Source: Mesotaenium endlicherianum (taxonomy: Eukaryota). From it: a stretch of 64,000 bases of DNA. The position numbers and the translations under genes are program-made. The DNA lies in assembly GCA_009602735.1 (NCBI GenBank), contig WELA01000805.1, positions 1 through 64,000 of the forward strand, in the 5' to 3' direction. This document shows positions 37,090-46,399 of this stretch, piece by piece (positions within the stretch are counted from its first letter, which is position 1; every line of letters starts with the position of its first letter). Below the pieces are notes generated by a model, which did no database searches, was not told where the DNA came from, and was given only the letters and a program-made list of their open reading frames with translations.

Positions 37090-37652
37090 CTAGCTGATGG
37101 GCTGTTGTACGCTGCCTAAGGCTAGCGCAGTGCAGTCTCCGCAGAACCAGTCTCCAGCTGGCACGCGGGCCAGCGGCAGGTCGAGGCAGCCGATGTGGAA
37201 GCCGAGGTTGCAGCTGTCGCAGAGCAGCATCTTGGCCTCCTGGCCAGTGCTGTGACAGATCTGGCACGCCCAGTCCTTGGGCGGCCGCACGTCGCGGGGA
37301 CGGACCTGCAAGTCAAGGTTAGGAAGGTGGCACGGCCCACAGTTCTTCATGTGGTCCTTGTGAAGACGGCCATCTGCGCCTTCCAGCTCCAGGACTCCTG
37401 ACGCCAAGGCACGCTTGACGCGCAGGATGACCGGCGAGCTGCTGGTGTCGAGGGTGTTCTTCGTCTGGCGTCGCAGGTACACNNNNNNNNNNNNNNNNNN
37501 NGGTGTTCTTCGTCTGGCGTCGCAGGTACACAAAGTCACCTGCGGAAAACTGCAACACCCGCGAATGATAGGCTCCTCCACGAGTCATGGCGTACCTCAG
37601 TGTGTCGCGATGCTGTGCGATGCTGAGGTTATCCATGGCCATGGGCATCAGA
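37090..37652 (-). pseudogene. integrase C-terminal region plus PHD finger
   Basis: NLSIAQHRDTLRYA...FSAGDFVYL (gypsy post-integrase tail) followed by C4HC3 CQIC...LLCDSC..GFHIGCL...P.GDWFCGDC. Confidence 0.85.
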
Positions 37653-39248
37653 GAGATAGTGCCTGAAGTGCACGATCGCCCAGACCGCTGCCAGGCACTC
37701 CCCTTCGTAGGAGCCGTAGTTGCCTTCCGCGCCGTTGTTGCTGCGGCTGGCGTAGGCCACCACATGCTCAAAGCCGTCATGCTCCTGCACCAGCACAGCG
37801 CCCAGCCCTGCCTGCGACCAGTCGGTGTGGAGGATGAAGGGCTTTGCGTAGTCAGGACGCCGAAGCACAGGAGCGCTCACCAGCAGCTCCTTGAGCTTAT
37901 CGAATGCCGCCGGCTGCTGTGGTCCCCACACGTAGGCAACGCCCTTGCGGAGCAAGTCGTTGAGCGGCTTGGCTAGCTCGCTGAACCCTGGCACGAAGCG
38001 GCGGTAGTAGTTGGCGATGCCGAGGAAGGCCCGCAGCTGCGAGAGATCTGTAGGAGGTGGGATGCCTGTGATGGCCGAGATCTTCGCCAGCTGGGGTGCC
38101 AAGCCGCTGGAGGAGAGCAGGTGGCCAAGGTACTGCACCTTGCGGGTCCCAAAAGTGCACTTGCCTGGATGGCACTTGAGCCCAGCAGCCTCCAAGCGGT
38201 CTAGGACAGCAGTGATGTGCGCCACGTGCTCCTCAAACGTCTGACTGAAGACGAGCACGTCATCGATGTAGCATCGGGCAAAGGACAGCCCGGCCAGCTC
38301 CTTATCCATCACCCTCTGAAAGGTAGCTGGCGCGTTCTTCAACCCAAACGGCATCACCACCCACTTGTAGAGCCGCTGTGCTCCCCAGAATGCCGTCTTA
38401 TGCTGGTCCTCCTTGGCGATGGGAATCTGGTTGAAGCCCTGACGCAGATCCAGCACTGAGAACCAAGTGCACGTGCCAATGTCGTCAAAGATCTCGTCAG
38501 GCGTCGGCATAGGATATCTGTCCTGCTCGGTGACCTCATTCAGCCTACGATAGTCACCGCACATCCTCTTCTCGGACCAGTTGCCCGAGGCATCCTTCTT
38601 GGCTGGCATGACCGTGGGTGCGGCATAGCGAGAGGAGGACTCCCGAATGAGCCGGCTGTCCTCCAGCTTGCCTGTCTGCGCGCTGATCAAGCCATCCTCG
38701 AAGTGGCTGTAGCGATAACGCTTCAGGAAAATGGGCTCCTGCGACGTGAGAGTAATCCGCATGGGGTCCCCCCTGTAGCGCCCGAGATCGTGCATGCCGC
38801 TGGCAAAGCTGGTGCTGCGCCTCCCGTCCAGCAGTGCCGTCAACTGTGCAGCCTGCGCCTTGGTGAGTGTCCCCCCCAGCTTCCATGTCGGTGGAGCTGG
38901 TGGCGTCGCCTGGCCTGCAGCTGGAGTCTCTTGTCTTGCCGCTGGGGTAGATTGTGGTGCTGCAGGTGTCACCTGCCCTGCAGCGGTTGGCGCTCGGCCT
39001 GCCGCGGGTACCTGCACTGTGGCAGCTGCGGCCAGCTGCCTGGCACCGTCTGCCTGCGAGCGACCGTTTGCCTGCGAGCGAGGAAAAAGAAAAGGTGACC
39101 GGGACTCCCTGGGGAAAGGTGACCGAGACTCCCTGGGTCGCTGTGAGGACTCCTCTCTCCGCCGGCCCCCCCCCAGCGAACCAGAGTCCTCACTGCGCGG
39201 TGGGGGGCGCGCGCCTGCGGTGCAGGCCCTGCGCGCTGAGGATGCCAC
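37653..39248 (-). CDS. Ty3/gypsy reverse transcriptase and truncated RNase H
   Basis: RMCGDYRRLN, LDLRQGFNQI, MPFGLKNAPATFQR, YIDD (38259-38270), LHTDWS, YASR; RNase H breaks off after HFRHYL. Confidence 0.95.
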
Positions 39249-41752
39249 GTCGTGCCGGGCGGGGCCTGATGGTCATCGTCGGTGGAGTCATCGTCCATAT
39301 CATCGGCAGGCGGAGGCAGCTCGGGATGCCGGGCTGCGGCGTAGAGAGGCGCCAAGGCCTGCGTCTGCAGCAGGATCCACGTGAGGACGTTGGCGTCGAT
39401 TGCCTGCCCCAAGAGGCAAATGCGGTTCACCTCAGTGAGACCGTCCACCTGTGTGAGATGCGGCGGGAAGCCCATGGCACGCTCCATCTCTGCAGGGCGC
39501 GGCCTGTCAAACATGCCAGTCTCCAGGTCGATGACCATCCCGCGCTGATCTCCGACGAAGGCGTCGCTGTCGTAGCGGCTGACAAAAGTCGGCAGCGCGC
39601 GAGTGACGTCATGCAGGACCTCACACTGCGCCACGGAGGGATGTGGTAGTGCAGTCACGCGCTGGGCCAGACGAGGGGCATCGAGGATGGAGTCGACGGT
39701 GCGTGGGTGACGTGGATGAGAGGCGGCCAACGCCTCGAGAGTACCTGGCATTGCCAGGTTGGTGAAGTAGGCGCGGACGCGGTGCGCGAAGGAAACAATC
39801 TGGGCAGCGTTGATGAGGGCCTCGCGGCCGACATAGCTGCTGCAAAGAGCGAAGTCGGCGCTAACATCGGGTCGGTGATCGTGGTGCGCGGCCACGTTCT
39901 CCAGGACCCACGCGAGTGTGTGCGGCGGCTGGCGATCCTCAACAATGTTGAGGACGCGGAGCAAGTGCCAGAAGAGGGCCGTGCGGGGATCGCTGAGCGC
40001 CCTGCCACGTCTGGCTCTGGAGAGCCCTTGGCACTCCCAATCGACGATGACGAGGTCAATGGGCCCAAGTTGGGTGACATGCTCGACGGTGATGTCGCGG
40101 ATGTCCATGGGCCAGTCTGTCTGAGCGCGGCGAAATGCGTGCGCGGGAAGGAGGTCAGGGAATCGCTCGTGGCCCAACGCCATCTGCCGACGGGCCACCT
40201 GCTGAGCCTCAGGATCGGGATCGACGTAGACGTAGCGGCGCACTGGGATGCCGGCTTGTAAGGTCGCGAGCAACCCGGTGGCGATGCCGGCGAAGAGCTT
40301 GACGAGGACGATGCCGCCGGGCCGCTTGTCTAGAGCGTCTGCGCAGATAGGAGTCGGAAGTGGGCGACACCCCATTGCGAGGGTGCCGGGCTGAGCGGGC
40401 GGCGGGAAGGTGCGCGCGGCGCTGTGCTGATGGGGCGCCATGCGGAGGGCGGCCACAGCATGGTCTGCGTAGTCACGCGTAAGGCTGGGGATGCAGTCAG
40501 TGAGCGGCTGCGGACGCTCCTCCCGTGCGTGGTCCTGGTAGGTGCGCCACCGCAGGCGCGCATCCTGCAGGGCTGTTGGAGAGACAGCGCGGGCCTGACG
40601 TCGGGCCGAGGCCACGCACAGCTGCTGCCACCTGTCGCGCTGGGCAAGGTCAGTCTGGTGCAAGGCCGCGTGTGCCAGTTGGTCGAGAACGGGACGCTGA
40701 GTCAAGTAGGGGTGCGGGCCGAAGTAGGCCCGCTGGCGTGCGCGCATGTCGGCAGAGGGGACTGTGCAAACGGAGCGCTCGGAGCTGTCGACCTCCTGCG
40801 GGGACCAAACTAACCGGCGAGGGGCTAGCTGGACTGGCGGCTGGGGCTGCCTTCGTGGGACGGGCGCGTCTCGGGGCTGCCGGAGACTAGACATGAGCCG
40901 TGTGCGTGCGGCGGCCGTAAATGGGTGGCGACTGGGCGGCCTGCTGTCGGTGCGGGCTACCTTGGGAGGAGGTGACCCGGAGGGACCGTCGTCAGCGATG
41001 TGGCTACGAGGGATGCTGGCGCGCGGAGCGATAGGGGCCAGCATCACAAAATGCGCCTCGGAAGAAGACTGAGCGTCGTCGCCAGCGGAGAGGGGCCGAA
41101 AGGGCGGAGTGCGGCGTCGGTCTCGAGTGTCGTTGTATGGCGGTGTGTCCCCGCGGGCCCGCGTGTCGTCGTAAGGAGGCGTGCGCTCCCTGTCGTCGTA
41201 GGGCGGCGTGATGGAGCGGGCTCGCATCTTGCGGAGGGGAGTCACCTCTCGCGTCTCGCAAAGGGGTGTGAGCGATCGGGAGCGGCTCGTCTCGCGGAGA
41301 GGAGTGGTCTCTTGAGCGGACCCAATGGTCGGCCTAGTGCGGCGTGCGTAGGTCAGATGGGCGCAGATAGACGGGGTCGTGCGGGGTGGCTTGCGGACGC
41401 TGAGCCTGGGCGCTGGCTGCTGTATGGAGTGTGTGCCAGCGCTAGAGGAGGCCGCGGCAGCCCGGCTCGTCGCAAATAAATGTGCGATGCGGCGACACTC
41501 GTGGCTCGTCGAGCAGTCGTGTGACACTGGACAGCTGGGTCCAGCGGCGTTGGTGCGAGCCCTGCTGGGCCAGTCGTGTGTCATGGGCTGGCTGGGTGCG
41601 CTGAAGCCGGGCGGACCAAAAGGTGCGCGCTGCCTGCGTGCCGTAGGCGCAGCTGGCGGGGGCTCCTCTGGTGGCGCCGCGCTGAGTACCTCGTCGGATG
41701 CCTCTGGCAGTCGCTCCCACTGTGTCTCCTCCTCACTCCGGAGAGTACACAT
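38969..41752 (-). CDS. ORF with a low-complexity N-terminus and a C5 cytosine methyltransferase domain (~39360-40315)
   Basis: Motif I LFAGIA, II YVYVD, III DIRDI, IV DLVIVDWECQGLS (Cys codon 40031-40033), VI VLENV, VIII AHRVRAYFTNL, IX EMERAMGFP, X LLGQAIDAN, in canonical order. Confidence 0.9.
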   Translation of the reverse strand: MCTLRSEEETQWERLPEASDEVLSAAPPEEPPPAAPTARRQRAPFGPPGFSAPSQPMTHDWPSRARTNAAGPSCPVSHDCSTSHECRRIAHLFATSRAAAASSSAGTHSIQQPAPRLSVRKPPRTTPSICAHLTYARRTRPTIGSAQETTPLRETSRSRSLTPLCETREVTPLRKMRARSITPPYDDRERTPPYDDTRARGDTPPYNDTRDRRRTPPFRPLSAGDDAQSSSEAHFVMLAPIAPRASIPRSHIADDGPSGSPPPKVARTDSRPPSRHPFTAAARTRLMSSLRQPRDAPVPRRQPQPPVQLAPRRLVWSPQEVDSSERSVCTVPSADMRARQRAYFGPHPYLTQRPVLDQLAHAALHQTDLAQRDRWQQLCVASARRQARAVSPTALQDARLRWRTYQDHAREERPQPLTDCIPSLTRDYADHAVAALRMAPHQHSAARTFPPPAQPGTLAMGCRPLPTPICADALDKRPGGIVLVKLFAGIATGLLATLQAGIPVRRYVYVDPDPEAQQVARRQMALGHERFPDLLPAHAFRRAQTDWPMDIRDITVEHVTQLGPIDLVIVDWECQGLSRARRGRALSDPRTALFWHLLRVLNIVEDRQPPHTLAWVLENVAAHHDHRPDVSADFALCSSYVGREALINAAQIVSFAHRVRAYFTNLAMPGTLEALAASHPRHPRTVDSILDAPRLAQRVTALPHPSVAQCEVLHDVTRALPTFVSRYDSDAFVGDQRGMVIDLETGMFDRPRPAEMERAMGFPPHLTQVDGLTEVNRICLLGQAIDANVLTWILLQTQALAPLYAAARHPELPPPADDMDDDSTDDDHQAPPGTTWHPQRAGPAPQARAPHRAVRTLVRWGGAGGERSPHSDPGSLGHLSPGSPGHLFFFLARRQTVARRQTVPGSWPQLPQCRYPRQAERQPLQGR

Positions 41753-41760
41753 TCCTTACT
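41732..41760 (-). promoter_or_regulatory. 29-nt internal region complementary to the B1/internal junction (45397-45425)
   Basis: 28/29 inverted match; the single difference is a G-U pair in the sense RNA. Confidence 0.85.
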
Positions 41761-41898
41761 CTTGAGGGACTGGTCGTCGGATCTGCCAGGATAAGCTGCC
41801 TGCTGCATGGCCTCGTCCTCGGATGTTGTGGTGCGAGGCCAAGTCTCGCCGGTCTGATGCGAGGCGTCGTGAGGGGGCGGCTGAGAGTCCATACAGTA

Positions 41899-43101
41899 CT
41901 AAATGGCCACGCCAACAGGCACGTCGTGGCGAACGCGGACGTCGATCCTCGCGGACGGCCTGCCGCGAGAGGCCGAGACCCCCTGATGTGCCGTAGGCGC
42001 TGCGGCCGCACCGCGAGCAAGGGCGGCGGCAGCGATGGCTGTGCTGGCCGTGGCGAGGGCCTCAATGGCATCGTCCGCCATCTGCCGCATCATCGCGCTG
42101 TGGGCAGTGCAGATGCGGATCTGCTCCCTGGCCTGGGCTGCCAGGACATCCGCCTGCTGCTGTGGCGTGAGGTGGAGCTCGGCACTAGGTAGGTCCGGCT
42201 CCTCGTCCTGTGGCTCGAGCAGGTACACCCCCACCGAGATCTCCTCGTCCTCGGGCCCGTCCTTATTGGTCTTGACCACTGGCCGGCCATCGCCCAGCCC
42301 CACGAAGCCATAAAGAGTGGACACTGCTGGGCGGCGATCGACAATGTCAAGGGGCAAGGATGCGGTGCGCGTCCCCCCTGTCCTCCAGTCGGGACGATAG
42401 AAGACGCGCTCCGCCCAGTTGTCGACCGCGGCGCTAATGGGAAAGAGCACGTCCTGCCCTAGGAGCACATCAAAGGACTCGGAAGGAGTGACGAGTGCGT
42501 GCCGATGGATGGTTGTCTCATCTGCCGTGCCTGGGCGCAGAGTGAATAGTAGCGCCAACCTCGTGCGGCCGGCGACGGTCTCGGACGTGCCGGCGGCGGT
42601 GTTCATGCGCGTCGGAGAGTCCTCCAAGTCGGCGGAAGAGAGTCCCAACTGACGGAAGTAGCGGAGGCTGATGAGAACCGGCTGCGCGCCTGTGTCGAAC
42701 ATGATGCGCTGCAGCGCCTGGGTGTTGACGAGCACGATCCCCTGCAAATTATCCAAAAATGCGGCGTTTGGAGTGCTGATCATCCTGCGCTCATGCGCAG
42801 GACGCGCGGGCGTGGATCGCACCGCAGTGGCGGCATCAGCCGTCGGCCTCAGCGCCCTCCCCCCAATGCGTGGGTTAACCGGCCCCCCGGCAGCCTGCGT
42901 TGGGCTGCTGCCGGGGTTTTGTGCGCAGCCAGGATTTAGGCCCTGGCTGTGCGCAGCCGTGCGCGGGCCGTCGGCACCGCGATCGGACAACCGGCCGCGT
43001 GGCGCAATTGGGATAGCCCCCTCCTGATTGAGGGTGGCTGCTCCGACCGCAAAATCTGTGCTGGCTGAGCCGGGCCATGCGCGCATGCCAAGTGGCGGCA
43101 C
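41899..43101 (-). CDS. retroviral-type aspartic protease region
   Basis: RIMFDTGAQPVLIS active site and DVLLGQDVL C-terminal motif. Confidence 0.85.
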   Translation of the reverse strand: MPPLGMRAWPGSASTDFAVGAATLNQEGAIPIAPRGRLSDRGADGPRTAAHSQGLNPGCAQNPGSSPTQAAGGPVNPRIGGRALRPTADAATAVRSTPARPAHERRMISTPNAAFLDNLQGIVLVNTQALQRIMFDTGAQPVLISLRYFRQLGLSSADLEDSPTRMNTAAGTSETVAGRTRLALLFTLRPGTADETTIHRHALVTPSESFDVLLGQDVLFPISAAVDNWAERVFYRPDWRTGGTRTASLPLDIVDRRPAVSTLYGFVGLGDGRPVVKTNKDGPEDEEISVGVYLLEPQDEEPDLPSAELHLTPQQQADVLAAQAREQIRICTAHSAMMRQMADDAIEALATASTAIAAAALARGAAAAPTAHQGVSASRGRPSARIDVRVRHDVPVGVAI

Positions 43102-43345
43102 GTGCGCGGCAGGGGCTGAGCCCTGGATGTGCGCAGCTGCGGGTGCGCTGTCGGCGCTTTTGCCGACGATCCGGCCGCACAGCGCAGTCAGGACCCCCCC
43201 CAGCTAACCGAGGGTGGCGGCCGCTGCGGCCGTCGCTGCGCTGGCCGTGCGGGATTGCGCGCACGCGCCACTTGGCANNNNNNNNNNNNNNNNNNNNNNN
43301 NNNNNNNNNNNNNNNNNNNNNNNNNNNNNNNNNNNNNNNNNNNNN

Positions 43346-45350
43346 CTGGCAGCGCAGTGCGCTGGGCGCGCGTGTGAGCCAGCGTGCGTGCGTGCATGCT
43401 GCTGTCGGCAGAGGCGGCCCCGCCTGCCGTGCACGTGCCACGTGGCGGATTCTGCTGGAGCCTGCTGTCTGCAGCAGCCAGCGGGGACCGGCTGTCCCTG
43501 CCTGTGCGCAGAGCTGCGCATGAGCGTGCCGCACGGACGGAGAGGGAGGCTGCGGCCGGACCAGCTTTAGCCGTGCACGCCGCCAGGTGCCCCCGTCCCA
43601 ACCTGCCAGCTGTCGCTACGCGGGCTGACAGGAGGCCTGCTGGTGCGAGCACGAAAGCGCAAGCCAGGGGCTTTGTCGGGGCCTCGGCTGGCGTGCGGGC
43701 TAGCCCGCGTGCGCGCGAGCTTGCGCCGAGAGATGGCGCAACCGCGCAGTCGTGCAACCTGCCATCCGGCAATCTGTCGGGCCTCCGGTTGTTGCTGCTG
43801 ACAGTGGTTAAAGCGGTGCGCACAGGGCTAGCAGAGCTGCCGGTGCGGGCGCCGGCAGCTCTGGCAGCGGGCACTACGTCGTAACGCGGACGTGCGCGGG
43901 GCTGCGGCGCTGCCGCTGAGCCTGATGTGTGCGCTGAAGCTGTGCGTGCGCCAGCTGTCAGTGTCGTGGCATAGGACGGTGGAGCGGACGCGAGGAGTGC
44001 TCCGCTCGCGTCATAGTTATCGACGTCGACGAGGCCACGGAGTCTAGCGATCTCCGCGTTGGCCTCCACGAGGGCGTCGCTGACGTCGTCGAAGCTGCAG
44101 TACTTGGCTCCATGCATCCATGCGGCGTCCGTCGTGGCCGTAGCTGCTGTCATTGCGGGGCGGCCACCCGTACAAGGGTTGCGTGCGCCTCGCTGTCTTG
44201 CTGAAGGCGTAGGGCCGTCGCGAGCGCGTCCGTTCTTGACGTCGCGCTTCTTCTGCAGACAGACAATCTGCAGGTGGCCGGCCTTGCCACAATAGGTGCA
44301 GTCGCCGGGCTTGCCATTCTGCGCGAGAGTGCAGTTCTGGCGTGAGTGGCCCGTCTTCCCGCAGGACCAGCAGGGATCGCTCGTAGTGGCAGCCATGAAA
44401 ATGCGGCCACGCGTAGCTTCGCGCTGCTGCGTCTGCTGGGGCAGCTGAGAGCGCTGAGGCTGCTGCTGCTGCGACTGGGGCTGGCGGGCAGGCGTCGTGC
44501 GCGTCGTAGAAGACGGCAGCACTGAGGCCTCCTGGCGCACGCCCGTGGATGCTAAGCCCACACGATCGCTAATATTGCTCCGTGCGGCGGCCAAGCTCTG
44601 CTTCTCAACGGAGAGGTAGGCCTGCTCCAGAGAATACTCTGAATCGTGGCGGTCGATGAGGGGGACTACGGCCCTCTCCCTCAGACGCGGCTCTACGGCG
44701 CGCAAGAAGATCTCCGCGGCCTCCCGGTCAGTGACAGCGCCGACATCGCGGCGGAGGTGCACCAAGCGGCGGTACATCATGCGGATAGTCTCGTTCTTGC
44801 GTCGGAAGAAATGGTGCAGCTCGTACACCTTCTCTTCAGTTGCAACCTGGAACTTTGTCTTCAGGATATTCCAGAAGGCTTGCACTGGATCAGCTAGCAG
44901 GGTCGCCACTGGTGGGTCACCCACAAGCTCAGTGCGGGTCCGGAGCTCGGCCTCCTTCTCACGGAAGGTGTCGCGGGNACGGGCCTCGTGCGAGAGGTCG
45001 CGCATAAGCGTGTCGAAGGCGTCGCGCTTAGTCAGCGTGGGTGTCTTGAGCTTTGCAGCCGCGAAGTCAACCTGAAACTCCGAGATGGTATCTTCCAGAT
45101 CACAGGTGCCTGGCCTACCGCTAAAGCGGTAGGAAGACGTGTCAGTCTTGACCTCGTGGTCACCTGCCATGGGATACCAGAAATCGTAGTGAGCCCACTG
45201 GGGAGATGGCTCAGAAGCAACTGCTGTGTGCTGGAGAGCAGGTTGCTCTTCTTCGGCGGGTTCAGTGATAGTGCTGAGATCTGAGTCTGAGTTTTTTCCA
45301 CTAACCCCTTCGTAGTATGGCTGATAGGAAAGCCCACTACGGGTAGGCAT
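43346..45350 (-). CDS. Gag with two CCHC zinc knuckles
   Basis: Starts MPTRSG; helical capsid-like region; CWSCGKTGHSRQNC and CTYCGKAGHLQIVC; the frame beyond gap 43278-43345 is unknown. Confidence 0.85.
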
Positions 45351-45399
45351 ACGCTGAAGGTTCTAATTGCTTGCAGGCAAAGAGAGATCTTTTAGAAGT

Positions 45400-46399
45400 A
45401 AGGAATGTGTACTCTCCAGAGTGAGCACCTCAAGATTGTAATCTGGTAGGAAAACAACTAATGAAGTTTGGCTCAAAAGATCACTGGAAGCACATCATGA
45501 TCTTCAGAGTAGTCCTATGGCAAGGGCTTAAGCTGTGACTTTGCTCACCACTTGTGAAGTTCTTCAAGTGACTGGAAGCCTGGAGGGCTTGCTCTTCACA
45601 AGAGAGTAACTAAGTGGTCTTGAAAACACAAGAGATAAAAGTGTAAGCTTTACTGATAATCTCTCTTACTTACACCTGGCATAATGGACTTCTAAAAGAT
45701 GTCTCTTCTAGGGACATCTCTAGTACTTATACTCCTGGAATTCCGGCGGGGTGTGCGGCGGATCCAATGCATGTAGTCACTCTAGGAGGCTCTCCTATGT
45801 CCACTAATGTGTACAAGGCATGTACTAGCACTCCTATAGGCTAAGCATAACTCAAACCAATCAAAGCAAGGTGCGTAGGATATGCTACGTGGTCCTCATT
45901 GGCCGAGCTTACCTTGGGTGATTCTACCTAGATAGCGCCTCAAAAGTGGATCTGGAAATTGAGGAAGCTTCCTCTAGGAGTAGGTGATGCAGTCACCAAG
46001 TTATAGCCTCAATGATGCACATATACTATGGAAATGCAAAGCTTATGTAGGCTAAGGGGCTCGCGGATTTGTGCGCACAAAGCTTGGGGTCACGAAGAGC
46101 CAACAATGTCACCGTTGGGGACATTGAGTCACAAATTAGGCCTTGGGAAAGTTCCGCTAGGGACCGGTAGGTGACGCGGACTAGATCGCACCTATCTTGC
46201 TCGATACTTGACCAAATGACGCGAAATTGGTGTCATTCGGAAGATGCTTCGACGCGCTACACGTTGGTGACTTGGACATCTAGAAAAGGTCAACATACGG
46301 ATGCGTAAAGTCAATGCAAAGTTGGCCTTCCTAGGTTGATGTTCTGCACATGGGGAGCTTGATTTTGATACGACAACCTCGACTCAATAAATCATGACA
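45400..46399 (-). repeat. 5' terminal repeat B1 (1000 bp)
   Basis: About 15 substitutions (by-eye count) versus 35931-36930; lacks the A segment and is not followed by a TGG-type PBS. Confidence 0.95.

Larger units (their letters stand above)
35794..46399 (-). mobile_element. Ty3/gypsy-like retrotransposon carrying a C5 DNA methyltransferase and a PHD finger, with split direct repeats
   Basis: TG...CA termini, 4-bp TSD CCCA (35790-35793, 46400-46403); repeats B (45400-46399, 35931-36930) and A (36933-37069, 35794-35930); gag-PR-DNMT-RT-RH-(INT C-terminus)-PHD. Confidence 0.93.

Noticed and set aside
37453..37531. 30-bp direct repeat (GGTGTTCTTCGTCTGGCGTCGCAGGTACAC) flanking an N gap
   Set aside because: Typical unmerged contig overlap; one copy restores a continuous YLRRQTKNT frame.
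39160..39250. Programmed frameshift between the DNMT and RT frames
   Set aside because: The overlap contains homopolymer runs where a copy-specific indel or sequencing error is equally likely; cannot be decided from one copy.
38000..45000. Many long plus-strand ORFs over the gypsy element
   Set aside because: Antisense shadows of GC-rich coding sequence with no recognisable domains.
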